A stretch of DNA of 64,000 nt from Burkholderiales bacterium (GTDB lineage: Bacteria > Pseudomonadota > Gammaproteobacteria > Burkholderiales > Burkholderiaceae_C): positions 3,694 through 67,693 of the forward strand of contig JBBQIB010000002.1 in assembly GCA_038324515.1 (NCBI GenBank). Reading direction: 5' to 3'. Each line of letters opens with the position of its first letter. The first letter of the stretch is position 1. The position numbers and the translations under genes were made by a program. This document shows positions 8,121 through 17,569 of the stretch, piece by piece. The notes under the pieces were generated by a model, which saw only the letters and a program-made list of their open reading frames with translations, searched no databases and was not told the DNA's origin.

Positions 8121-9341
8121 ATGTCGCGGTCATCGAGCTCACTGCAGTGGTCCAGGCGCCTGAGCGTGCAAGCGCTGCTGCTGGCAGCGCTGGCGGGCCT
8201 GTGGGGCTGCAGCGTGCTGCCGCTGCAAGCACCCACTGTGCCCGCCGAACTGCTGCTCGATGCGCGCTTCCCGGTGCCCGTGGGGATACCCCCCAGCCAG
8301 GCCGCGAAAGACCTGTTCCGGCTGACGCCGGAGATGGAGACTTATGCGCGAGACGTCTTGCAGGGCAGCGCCCCCAAAGGTGACCCGCGCCGGGGTCTGA
8401 TCGACGCGCTGTACAACCGCACGTCCTTGGGCCTGAGCTACGACGACACGCGCACCCGCAACGCTGCCGAAGCCTTTCGTGATCGTGCCGGCAACTGTCT
8501 GTCCTTGGTGGCGATGACCGCAGCCTTTGCCAAGCGTCTGGGCATGCCGGTCATTTTCCAGCAGGTCGATGTCGATGAGAGCTACACCCGCAGGGGCGGG
8601 CTGTACATCGTCAGTGGCCATGTCAATCTGGTGTTGGCCAGAGCCGCTGTCAGCACCCTGAGCGGGCTGACGCGCCGGCAACAAGACCATGCCGATCTGA
8701 CCGTCGACTTCTTGCCTGGTGCGAGCCTGGGCACACAGCGAACCCGGCCCTTGGCCGAGCACAGCCTGGTGGCGATGTATCTCAACAACCGTGCGGCAGA
8801 GCTGCTCTCCGAAGGGCAAGGCAACGAAGCCTACTGGTGGGCGCGCGCAGCCGTCACTGAAGACCCGGCCTTTGCTGGCGCTTTCAATACCCTGGGCGTG
8901 ATCTACCTTCGCTCAGGCATGGCCCCTGAGTCTGAGCGCGTGTTGCTGCATGTGCTGCGTGCACAGCCTGAGAACACGGCAGCGCTGAACAACATGGTGC
9001 GCACCTTGCAGGCGCTGGGGCGCGAAGAGCAGGCCCGCGTGTACGCCAGCAGGCTGGCGGCACTGCAGCCCCAGGCGCCATTCGCAGAATTTGACCAAGG
9101 CCGCCTGGCGATGGGACGAGGCGACTATCAGCAAGCACGCCAGCACTTTGCTGCGGAGTTGCGACGCCAACCGCTGCAGCACGAAGTGCACTTCTGGCTG
9201 GCCTTGGCCCACTGGCACCTGGGCGAGTTGCGTCGCAGCCAGCACCACCTGGATAAGGCCAAGGACAACAGCCCCACCGTTGCGACGCAGCAGCGCTACA
9301 GCGCCAAGCTGCAGCGGCTGCGCGATATCCGGGTGCACTGA
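8121..9341 (+). CDS. Lipoprotein with transglutaminase-like domain and TPR repeats
   Basis: Lipobox-like LWGC. AGNCLSL, GHVN and VDFLP give a putative C-H-D triad. MYLNNRAAE, AFNTLGVIY and ALNNM mark TPR helices. Confidence 0.8.
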   Translation: MSRSSSSLQWSRRLSVQALLLAALAGLWGCSVLPLQAPTVPAELLLDARFPVPVGIPPSQAAKDLFRLTPEMETYARDVLQGSAPKGDPRRGLIDALYNRTSLGLSYDDTRTRNAAEAFRDRAGNCLSLVAMTAAFAKRLGMPVIFQQVDVDESYTRRGGLYIVSGHVNLVLARAAVSTLSGLTRRQQDHADLTVDFLPGASLGTQRTRPLAEHSLVAMYLNNRAAELLSEGQGNEAYWWARAAVTEDPAFAGAFNTLGVIYLRSGMAPESERVLLHVLRAQPENTAALNNMVRTLQALGREEQARVYASRLAALQPQAPFAEFDQGRLAMGRGDYQQARQHFAAELRRQPLQHEVHFWLALAHWHLGELRRSQHHLDKAKDNSPTVATQQRYSAKLQRLRDIRVH

Positions 9342-9432
9342 AACAGGGGCCGGATGTCACAGCCTGCAGTGCGCGTGCCTGCATCTTCGCACCGCTGTCT
9401 GCTAGCCTTCGGTCCAAATTTCTTCGAGTCAC

Positions 9433-10134
9433 ATGGCACCCACAGCAGCAAAAGACAAAAAGCCCAACGCCTTTCTTGAACTCGGCATCACGATCCTGAT
9501 TCCGGCCTTGGTGCTGATGAAGTTCAGTGGGCCGCAAGACCTGGGGCCGATTCGGGCCTTGCTGGTGGCGCTTGCCTTCCCACTGGCCTGGGGTGTGTGG
9601 GACGGTTTCAAGCGCCACAAGCTCAACTGGCTGGCCGTGCTGGGTGTCGTCAGCACCTTGCTGACGGGTGGCATCGGTTTGCTGGCGCTGGACGCCAAAT
9701 GGCTGGCCGTCAAAGAAGCCGCCGTGCCCGGGCTGATCGGTTTGGTGGTGCTGGGATCGACCTGGACGCGCTCGCCACTGATCCGCATGCTGGTCTTCAA
9801 TCCCTCATTGTTTGATGTCGAGCGCGTGCAAAAAGCGCTGGACGAACGCAACAACAGGGTGCCATTCGAAATGCGACTGCGCCAGGGTACGATGTTGTTG
9901 GCGCTGACTTTCTTCTTCTCGGCAGTCGCCAACTACATCCTGGCGCGCTGGGTGGTCAACAGCCCCGCCGGCACCGAGGCCTTCAACCAAGAGCTCGGCC
10001 GGCTGACCCTGCTGAGCTATCCGGTGATTGCCATTCCGTCCACACTGATGATGATGGCCTTGCTGTACTGGTTGGCCCGTGAGGCCAAGGCGCTGACCGG
10101 GTTGGCCATCGGCGACATGTTGCAAAGCGGCTGA
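9433..10134 (+). CDS. VC0807-family integral membrane protein
   Basis: Multiple TM helices. Motifs LGPIRALLVALAFP, WLAVKEAAVP, FNQELGRLTLLSYPVI. Confidence 0.8.
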   Translation: MAPTAAKDKKPNAFLELGITILIPALVLMKFSGPQDLGPIRALLVALAFPLAWGVWDGFKRHKLNWLAVLGVVSTLLTGGIGLLALDAKWLAVKEAAVPGLIGLVVLGSTWTRSPLIRMLVFNPSLFDVERVQKALDERNNRVPFEMRLRQGTMLLALTFFFSAVANYILARWVVNSPAGTEAFNQELGRLTLLSYPVIAIPSTLMMMALLYWLAREAKALTGLAIGDMLQSG

Positions 10135-10220
10135 AAAGCAACGGCCCGAGGCGTCCGCGTCGATACACTGCACTGTCTCGGCTTCGGACATGCCACGCGA
10201 GTGAAGGTGCACAGTGCGAC

Positions 10221-10406
10221 ATGCCGATGCAGGACGCTCAAGAATTTGACGTCATGACTGCACGGCTGTTGGATGGCTCACCCCTGTCGATCCGGGAGCA
10301 GGACCCGCTGTTCGTGATGGACGCTCTTGACGCAGCACCCGTGCTGCGGCGCACCTTCTGCACCACCCGCCCGCCATGGCAACTGCGCCACATCGAAGTG
10401 ATCTGA
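10221..10406 (+). pseudogene. C-terminal relic of a molybdopterin-binding oxidoreductase-like protein
   Basis: PMQDAQEFDVMTARLLDGSPLSIREQDPLFV...WQLRHIEV resembles the degenerate family C-terminus (DGxPMxxRxxGPLF...WQLxxIEV). The N-terminal ~100 aa are absent. Confidence 0.6.
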
Positions 10407-10429
10407 AGCCGCTGGCGCGCAGCTGTCCC

Positions 10430-12700
10430 ATGGTGCAGCGAATACCGTGGCTGCGCCTGACGGCACTGACGCTGCTGGCCGTGCTGCTGGCCGTGGCCTG
10501 GGCGCAGGCGCGACAGTTTTCGTTGCTGCGCCAAGCTGTCGGTGAAGCTGACGACTTTGCCGTCATTTCGGTCCATCAGACAGAGGCCGGGTATCTGCGC
10601 TTGCTCAGCGAGTGGCACCGCGTCAACGAAGCCCCTCGCGGGCTCGACAACGCCGAACTCGGCTCGCGCTTTGAGATCTGGGTCAGCCGCATTCGACTGT
10701 TGCGCGAAGGCCGTGTCTCAGACCCGGTCACCGCCGACCCTGCGGACGCCGCAGCGCTGCAGCTGGCCGAAGCCTTCATCCGGAAAGCCGCTCCGGCGCT
10801 GGGAGCCATCGGGCCAGACTGGCAAGACGATTCCGCACCGCACAGGGCCAGGCTGCAGGCCTTGTTGCCGGAGCTTGAGGCCCTGGGCAGCCCCTTGCAT
10901 GCGATGACTTTGAGCGCGGCCCAAAGGGTGGCAGACCACGCAGAGGCGCGGACCCAGGCGGTCCAGAAGCTGAGCACGCAGGGTTGGCTGCTGACTGCCC
11001 TGCTGTCGGTACTGACCCTGGGTTTTGCGTACTTTGCGCTCAGCCAGGTGCGGCAACTGCGCCAGCAACGTGTGGCGATGGAAGTGAGTGCAGAGCATTT
11101 GCGTCAGGCCAGGCGCGAAGCCATCGCCGCCAGCGAAGCCAAGAGCGCTTTCCTGGCCAACATGAGCCACGAGATTCGTACACCTTTTCAAGGTTTGATC
11201 GGCATGCTCTCACTGTTGCGCGAGGGAGGTCTGTCAGCGAAGCAGAGCGAACAGTTGCACATCGCCACCGAGTCAGCCGACCACCTGCTGGCTCTGCTCA
11301 ACGACATCCTCGATCTGTCGCAGCTTGAAGGCGGCAACCTGCGCCTGGCACCAGGCAGTGTCGATCTGCGCTCGTTGCTGCGCGAAACAGAGGCGCTGAT
11401 GCGACCACAGGCTGCGGCCAAGAACCTGGCTTTGCATGTCGATGTTGACCCCGATGTGCCTGAGCTGTGTCATGCCGACGTCACGCGGCTCAGGCAGATC
11501 CTGTTCAACCTGTTGTCCAACGCCATCAAGTTTTCGCAGCGCGGTGAAGTCGTGCTCAAGCTGAGCCGGCGCCGCTCGGCAGCAGGCACCGCGATGCTGA
11601 GCTTCAGTGTCAGCGATACCGGCGAAGGCATGGACGAAGCGACCATGGCGCGGCTTTTCAATCGCTTCATGCAGGCCGACAGCTCCAGATCGCGCAGGCA
11701 TTGCGGCACTGGCCTGGGGCTGGAGATCTCTCGCAACCTGGCGCGCTTGATGCGCGGCGACATTGCGGTACAAAGCCGGCTCGGCGAGGGCAGCAAATTC
11801 ACCTTCAGTCTGCCCTTGCTGAGTGCTGAGGCTGCGCCCACAGCCCTGGCAGCCGCCAATAGCGATGGCACGCATGCCCCACGCGCACTGCATGTGATGG
11901 TGGCTGAAGATCATCCAGTCAACCGGGAGTACATGGGCGCTTTGCTGGCCCGCCTGGGCCATGTCGCGCACTTCGCGTTTGACGGTCGGGAGGCACTGAC
12001 GGCCGCAGCGACGCGCCGTTTTGACCTCGTGCTGATGGACTTGCACATGCCGCACATGGATGGCATCGCAGCCACCCAGGCCATCCGCGCGCTGCCTGAT
12101 GCCAACCGCTCCACAGTACCGATCCTGGCGTTGACCGCCGACGCCTTCGAAGCGACCGAGGAACGTTGCATCGAAGCCGGCATGAACGGCTTCCTGCGCA
12201 AACCCCTCAAGCCGCAAGAACTCGACACCGCCTTGCGACGGCTCTTCGGGGCTGAGCTGGCGCCCGCCCCGCCAATTCAAAGTCATCCACTGAGCCATGC
12301 TGGAGCGGACCCCGCAGTGTTGGACATCGAAACCATCCAGCGCGCCACGCAGGCCCTGTCGGACGCCGAGTACGCGCGGCTGGCCAAAGCCTACCTCGAC
12401 CAGGTGCCCGGGACCGTTCAACGCATGCGCAGCGCTGTGCGCGACGCTGAGACGCTGGAGTTGCGGGCCATCTCACACGCCACCAGAGGGGCTGCGCTGA
12501 ACCTGGGTCTGAGCGCGCTGGCCGCCACCGCCGAAGCGTTGCAGCAAGGTGCAGCGCACTTGCCGGCGCACGAAATCGCCCGCCTGGTGCAACGCTTTGC
12601 AGTGCTTGAGCTGCACACCCGGCAGGCACTGCAATCGGCAGGACTTTGGCCCGCGACTGCAGCTCAGAAGGCACCGACAGAAAGCTCGCTCACAGAATGA
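10430..12700 (+). CDS. Hybrid sensor histidine kinase (2 TM, HisKA, HATPase, REC, Hpt)
   Basis: Motifs FLANMSHEIRTP, QILFNLLSNAIKF, DTGEG, GTGLGL, AEDHPVN, LMDLHMP, KP, and Hpt HATRGAA. Confidence 0.93.
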   Translation: MVQRIPWLRLTALTLLAVLLAVAWAQARQFSLLRQAVGEADDFAVISVHQTEAGYLRLLSEWHRVNEAPRGLDNAELGSRFEIWVSRIRLLREGRVSDPVTADPADAAALQLAEAFIRKAAPALGAIGPDWQDDSAPHRARLQALLPELEALGSPLHAMTLSAAQRVADHAEARTQAVQKLSTQGWLLTALLSVLTLGFAYFALSQVRQLRQQRVAMEVSAEHLRQARREAIAASEAKSAFLANMSHEIRTPFQGLIGMLSLLREGGLSAKQSEQLHIATESADHLLALLNDILDLSQLEGGNLRLAPGSVDLRSLLRETEALMRPQAAAKNLALHVDVDPDVPELCHADVTRLRQILFNLLSNAIKFSQRGEVVLKLSRRRSAAGTAMLSFSVSDTGEGMDEATMARLFNRFMQADSSRSRRHCGTGLGLEISRNLARLMRGDIAVQSRLGEGSKFTFSLPLLSAEAAPTALAAANSDGTHAPRALHVMVAEDHPVNREYMGALLARLGHVAHFAFDGREALTAAATRRFDLVLMDLHMPHMDGIAATQAIRALPDANRSTVPILALTADAFEATEERCIEAGMNGFLRKPLKPQELDTALRRLFGAELAPAPPIQSHPLSHAGADPAVLDIETIQRATQALSDAEYARLAKAYLDQVPGTVQRMRSAVRDAETLELRAISHATRGAALNLGLSALAATAEALQQGAAHLPAHEIARLVQRFAVLELHTRQALQSAGLWPATAAQKAPTESSLTE

Positions 12701-13781
12701 CGGGCTCGGGCTCCAGCCGGATGCCGAAGCGCCCATAGACACTTTCCTGGATGGCGCGGGCCAAAGTCACGACTTCGGCGCCACTGGCCCCGCCATGATT
12801 GACCAGCACCAGCGCTTGCTTTTCGTACACCCCGGCGCGGCCTATCGACTTGCCCTTCCAGCCGCAGGCGTCGATCAACCAGCCGGCAGCCAGTTTCACG
12901 CTGCCATCGGGCAGCGGATAGTGGACGATTTCCGGATCGCGGCCGATGATGTCGCGGCACTGTTCTTCGCTCACCACCGGATTCTTGAAGAAGCTGCCGG
13001 CGTTGCCGATCACCGCCGGGTCGGGCAGCTTGGCACTGCGGATCGCGCACACCCAGTCGAAGATGGTGTTTGCATCGGGGTTGAAGTTGGCAGTCTCGGC
13101 CATCTTGCGCTCCAGATCCAGGTAACCCAGCACCGGCTGCCAAGGCTTGTGCAGCCTGAAACGCACCCGGGTGATCAAGGATTTGCCGGCCAGCATCTGC
13201 TTGAAGACACTGTCGCGGTAGCCGAAGTGGCACTCAGCAGCGCCCAAGGTGACGCTGCGGCCGGTGACCAGATCTACCGCATCCAAGGATTCAAAGCGAT
13301 CCTTCAGCTCGACGCCGTAAGCGCCGATGTTCTGCACCGGTGAAGCACCGACAGAGCCCGGGATCAGCGCCAGATTCTCAAGCCCGGGCCAGCCTTGCTT
13401 CAGGCTCCAGTCCACCAGGGCATGCCATGACTCGCCAGCGCCAGCCTCGACGATCCAGGCTGCAGGCGTTTCGTCCACCCGCCGCAGCCCGGCCACCTCG
13501 ACCTTCAACACCACGGCGTCCACATCGCGCGTGAACACGATGTTGCTGCCGCCGCCCAGCACCAGCTTGGGCGCCAGCCCGATCTCGGGGTGGTCCAGGA
13601 TGCGCCTGACATCGGCGTCGCTGCGCACCCGCACCAGCGTGCGGGCCACTGCAGGCAAGCCGAAGCTGTTGTAGTCACGCAGGCTGGCGCGCTGCTCCAG
13701 TTGCAGGGCGGAACCAGGGGGCAAAGCGGCTGCGCAATCCACCGCACTCATGCTGGGGGGCAAGAAGCTGACATGCGACAA
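12690..13781 (-). CDS. murB: UDP-N-acetylmuramate dehydrogenase
   Basis: Motifs [58 protein letters not shown]. The start may be ATG 13751. Confidence 0.95.
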   Translation of the reverse strand: MSHVSFLPPSMSAVDCAAALPPGSALQLEQRASLRDYNSFGLPAVARTLVRVRSDADVRRILDHPEIGLAPKLVLGGGSNIVFTRDVDAVVLKVEVAGLRRVDETPAAWIVEAGAGESWHALVDWSLKQGWPGLENLALIPGSVGASPVQNIGAYGVELKDRFESLDAVDLVTGRSVTLGAAECHFGYRDSVFKQMLAGKSLITRVRFRLHKPWQPVLGYLDLERKMAETANFNPDANTIFDWVCAIRSAKLPDPAVIGNAGSFFKNPVVSEEQCRDIIGRDPEIVHYPLPDGSVKLAAGWLIDACGWKGKSIGRAGVYEKQALVLVNHGGASGAEVVTLARAIQESVYGRFGIRLEPEPVIL

Positions 13782-13904
13782 TTTTCGCTGTATTCAAGCC
13801 CGTGGCTGCCGGACGCGTTATTCGACCTTGAGGGCCCTGCCCATCCAGCGGGTGCCAGCACAGCCCAAGATCTCACGCAAGAACACACTCAGGAGCGCGT
13901 CCCC

Positions 13905-14408
13905 ATGCCCAGCTTTGACACCGTCATCGAACCCGACCTGGTTGAGCTGCGCAACGCTGCAGAGCAGACCAGCAAAGAAATCGGCACCCGATTCGACTTC
14001 AAAGGCACCAGCGCTGCGCTGGAGCTGAAAGACAGCAGCGCCAAAGAGCGTGAATTCGTCCTTTTCGGCGACAGCGATTTTCAGCTCCAGCAAGTGCGTG
14101 ATGTGCTGTTGGGTCGCTTGGCCAAACGCAACGTCGATATCCGCTTGCTTGACTTTTCAGGCAAGCCCGAGAAGATGGGCGGCGACAAGCTCAAGCAGTC
14201 GGTGCCGATCACCACCGGCATCGATGCAGAGACAGCAAAAAAGGTGCAGACCGAGATCAAAGCCAGCAAGCTCAAGTTGCAGTGCCAGATCCAGGGCGAT
14301 TCGGTGCGCATCACAGGCGCCAAGCGCGACGACTTGCAGGCTGCGATGGCGCTGCTTAAAAAGCAGCTCGTTGATGTGCCGCTGAGTTTTGACAACTTCA
14401 GATCCTGA
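13905..14408 (+). CDS. yajQ: YajQ family c-di-GMP-binding protein
   Basis: Motifs [36 protein letters not shown]. Confidence 0.93.
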   Translation: MPSFDTVIEPDLVELRNAAEQTSKEIGTRFDFKGTSAALELKDSSAKEREFVLFGDSDFQLQQVRDVLLGRLAKRNVDIRLLDFSGKPEKMGGDKLKQSVPITTGIDAETAKKVQTEIKASKLKLQCQIQGDSVRITGAKRDDLQAAMALLKKQLVDVPLSFDNFRS

Positions 14409-14429
14409 GAGGCTGAGCCGCTTGGCGCC

Positions 14430-15146
14430 ATGCGTGCAATGGGCATCTTTGACCGGCCTTGCTGGGCACCCGCTGCACACGGCCTCAAGCGTGTCGTGGT
14501 CAGCGTCTTCAGGTCGGGACTTTGGCTGAGCCTTTTGGGGGCCCTGGCATGGCCTTTGGCGCAGGCCCAGACCGTCACGCTGGCAGGCCGCATGGGCGAG
14601 CGCGCCTTGCTGGTCATCGACGGCCAGGCTCGCACCCTCGCACCTGGCCAGAGCGCGGGTGCGGTTCGGCTGCTGCGCTGGGTCGGCGAAGAGGCAGAGA
14701 TCGAACTGCAGGGCAACAAACAGCTGCTGCGCCAGGGCGGTCAGGCAGCGATGCAGGCCGGCCCGGCCGTTGCGCCTTCTGGGCGTGACATCGTGCTGAC
14801 GGCAGGATCGGGCGGCCACTTCGTCACCGACGGCGCGATCAATGGCCGCAGCGTGCGTTTCATGGTCGATACGGGCGCCACATTGGTGGCGATGGGTCGC
14901 CCCGACGCAGAACGGCTGGGTCTGGACCTCAGTGCGGCCCGCCCCGGAGTCAGCCAGACTGCCAACGGCCCGGTCGCGGTGCAGCTGATCACGCTGAGTT
15001 CGGTGCGCGTGGGTGCGGTGCAGATTGCCAACGTCAACGCCGTCGTGTTGCCCCAAGCCTTGCCTTACCTGTTGCTGGGCAACAGCTTCTTGAGCCGCTT
15101 TCAGATGCAGCGCGACAACGACGTGATGCGTTTGCAGTTGCGCTGA
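14430..15146 (+). CDS. Retropepsin-like clan AA aspartic protease (TIGR02281-like)
   Basis: Motifs GHF, FMVDTGAT, TANG, LLGNSFL. Signal peptide present. Start uncertain. Confidence 0.88.
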   Translation: MRAMGIFDRPCWAPAAHGLKRVVVSVFRSGLWLSLLGALAWPLAQAQTVTLAGRMGERALLVIDGQARTLAPGQSAGAVRLLRWVGEEAEIELQGNKQLLRQGGQAAMQAGPAVAPSGRDIVLTAGSGGHFVTDGAINGRSVRFMVDTGATLVAMGRPDAERLGLDLSAARPGVSQTANGPVAVQLITLSSVRVGAVQIANVNAVVLPQALPYLLLGNSFLSRFQMQRDNDVMRLQLR

Positions 15147-15189
15147 AGCCTGGCGCTGGCCATTCTGTCCCTCAAAGGACAGGCAGTTT

Positions 15190-15205
15190 GCGAACGGTCG
15201 TGCTA
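15190..15205. promoter_or_regulatory. Palindromic operator upstream of the acyl-CoA dehydrogenase pair (FadP/TetR-type candidate)
   Basis: GCGAACGGTCGTGCTA is an imperfect GAACG-N2-CGTkC palindrome ~40 bp before the ATG. It resembles, from memory, the Burkholderiales fatty-acid regulator site. Confidence 0.5.
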
Positions 15206-15246
15206 AAACCCGGGCTTGAATCTTTTCCGGCTGGAGAGCTTGCGTT

Positions 15247-16428
15247 ATGGACCTGAATTTCACCGCCGAAGAACAGCAGTTCAGGCTGCAGATCCGCCAA
15301 TGGGTGGCCGACAATCTGCCCGCTGACATCAGCCGGAAGGTGCGCCAATCGCTGCGCTTGACGCGCGAGGACATGCAACGCTGGGCGCGCATTCTGGGGC
15401 AGAAGGGTTGGCTCGGCTGGGGCTGGCCCAAGCAGTTTGGCGGCCCGGGCTGGAACGCGATCCAGAAGCACCTGTTCGAAGAAGAATGCGCGCTGGCGGG
15501 CGCACCTCGCGTCGTGCCCTTTGGGCCGGTGATGGTCGCACCTGTGATCATGACTTTTGGCAATGCCGAGCAGCAGCAGCGCTTCCTGCCCGGCATCGCC
15601 AGTGGTGAGGTGTGGTGGAGCCAGGGCTACAGCGAGCCCGGCGCAGGCAGCGACCTGGCCTCGTTGAAGTGCAAGGCCGAAAGACGCGGCGACCACTATC
15701 TGGTCAACGGGCAGAAGACCTGGACCACCTTAGGCCAGTACGGTGAATGGATCTTTTGCCTGGTGCGTACCAGCAACGAAGGCAAGCCGCAGACCGGCAT
15801 CAGCTTCTTGCTGATCGACATGAAGAGCCCCGGCATCAGCGTGCGGCCGATCGTGCTGATGGATGGCGAGCCGGAAGTCAACGAGGTCTGGTTCGACAAC
15901 GTCGAAGTGCCGGCCGAGAACCTGATCGGTGAAGAAAACAAGGGCTGGACCTACGCCAAACACCTGCTGGCGCACGAGCGCACCAATATCGCCGACGTCA
16001 ACCGCGCCAAGCGCGAGCTGGAGCGCCTGAAGCGCTTGGCGCGCAGCGAAGGCCTGTGGGACGAGACACGCTTTCGTGATCAGATCGCACTGCTGGAAGT
16101 CGACATCGTGGCGCTGGAGATGATGGTGCTGCGCGTGCTGTCGGCCGAGAAAAACGGCAAACAAAGCCTGGACGTGGCGGGCCTGTTGAAAATCCGCGGC
16201 AGCGAGATCCAGCAGCGCTACACCGAGTTGATGATGCTGGCTGCGGGCCCGCTGGCGCAACCTTTTGTGACGGAGGCGATGGACGCCGGCTGGCAGGGGG
16301 ACCTGGCTTTCCCGACCACCTTGCTGCCGCTGGCCGGCACCTACTTCAACTACCGCAAGACCACGATCTACGGCGGCAGCAACGAAGTGCAACGCAACAT
16401 CGTGGCCCAAACCGTGCTGGGAGCCTGA
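15247..16428 (+). CDS. Acyl-CoA dehydrogenase (pimeloyl-CoA dehydrogenase large subunit PimC-like)
   Basis: Motifs WSQGYSEPGAGSDLASL, NGQKTWTT, GEENKGWTYAK, TIYGGSNEVQRNI. Confidence 0.92.
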   Translation: MDLNFTAEEQQFRLQIRQWVADNLPADISRKVRQSLRLTREDMQRWARILGQKGWLGWGWPKQFGGPGWNAIQKHLFEEECALAGAPRVVPFGPVMVAPVIMTFGNAEQQQRFLPGIASGEVWWSQGYSEPGAGSDLASLKCKAERRGDHYLVNGQKTWTTLGQYGEWIFCLVRTSNEGKPQTGISFLLIDMKSPGISVRPIVLMDGEPEVNEVWFDNVEVPAENLIGEENKGWTYAKHLLAHERTNIADVNRAKRELERLKRLARSEGLWDETRFRDQIALLEVDIVALEMMVLRVLSAEKNGKQSLDVAGLLKIRGSEIQQRYTELMMLAAGPLAQPFVTEAMDAGWQGDLAFPTTLLPLAGTYFNYRKTTIYGGSNEVQRNIVAQTVLGA

Positions 16429-16430
16429 CC

Positions 16431-17561
16431 ATGGATTTTGATTTCTCTGAAGATCAGGAAGCACTGCGCGAAGCCGTGCAACGTTGGGCTGAGAAGGGTT
16501 TCAGCTTCGAGCGCCGCCACGCCTTGGCCCAGGCCGGTGGTGCCAGCCGCGAGGTCTACGCCGAACTGGCTGACCTGGGCTTGTGTGGCCTGCTGATCCC
16601 TGAGGCCGACGGCGGCATGGGCATGGGGGCGATCGAGTCGATGGTGGTCTGCGAAGAGCTGGGCCGCGGCTTGGTGCACGCGCCCTTCGCGGCCGCTGCG
16701 TTGATGAGCCCTGCCCTGCTTGCAGCAGCACCCCAGGCGCTGAAAGCCAGCCTGCTGCCGGCCATGGCCAGCGGCCAAAAGCTGGTGGTACCGGCATTGC
16801 AAGAGCGTGCTTCTCGCTACCGGCTGAACCGCGTCTCGTGCCAAGCCAGCCGTCAGGGTGAGGGCTGGGTGCTGGACGGCACCAAAACCGTGGTGCCTGC
16901 AGGCGATGAAGCCGACGCTTTTGTGGTGTCGGCGCGCTTGGGCGGCAAGGACGTAAACGACAGCGCGGGCATTGGCTTGTTTGTGGTGCAAGCAGAGCAG
17001 GCGACAACGCGCGGCTACGCCACGCAGGACGGCGCCCGCTCTGCCGATCTGGTGCTGAGAGCCACCCCCGCCAGCCTGGTCAGCGAAGACGGCTTTACGC
17101 TGATCGAACACGCGATGGACATCGGCATCGCAGCCCAATGCGCAGAGGCCGTGGGCTTGATGGACCGCTTGCTGGCCATCACCGTGGACTACATGAACAC
17201 GCGCAAGCAGTTCGGCAGCACGCTGGCCAGCTTTCAGGCGCTGCGCCACCGCGTGGCTGATCTGAAGATGCAGCTGGAGCTGGGCCGCTCGATGAGCTAC
17301 TTTGCCAGCCTGAAGCTGGGCGAGCCGCCTGCACAGCGCCGCCGCGCCATCTCGCAGGCCCGTGTGCAACTGGGCCAGAGCATGCGCATGGTCGGCCAGC
17401 AGTGCGTGCAACTGCACGGTGGCATTGCTTGCACCGACGAGTACATCGCCAGCCACTACTTCAAGCGCCTGACGGTGCTCGAGCTGAGCTTGGGCGACAC
17501 CCTGCATCACCTGGGCGAAGTCTCAGCCCGCATGCAGGACACGGCCGGGGTTTTTGCCTGA
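16431..17561 (+). CDS. Acyl-CoA dehydrogenase small subunit (PimD-like)
   Basis: Motifs MDFDFSEDQ, EELGRGL, RKQFG..LASFQALRHR, QLHGGI. 2-bp gap after its partner gene. Confidence 0.9.
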   Translation: MDFDFSEDQEALREAVQRWAEKGFSFERRHALAQAGGASREVYAELADLGLCGLLIPEADGGMGMGAIESMVVCEELGRGLVHAPFAAAALMSPALLAAAPQALKASLLPAMASGQKLVVPALQERASRYRLNRVSCQASRQGEGWVLDGTKTVVPAGDEADAFVVSARLGGKDVNDSAGIGLFVVQAEQATTRGYATQDGARSADLVLRATPASLVSEDGFTLIEHAMDIGIAAQCAEAVGLMDRLLAITVDYMNTRKQFGSTLASFQALRHRVADLKMQLELGRSMSYFASLKLGEPPAQRRRAISQARVQLGQSMRMVGQQCVQLHGGIACTDEYIASHYFKRLTVLELSLGDTLHHLGEVSARMQDTAGVFA

Positions 17562-17569
17562 GTCCGGTT

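Noticed and set aside
13772-13786. murB as another leaderless gene (GAAAAT-6-ATG)
   Set aside because: The ATG at 13774 is out of frame with murB.
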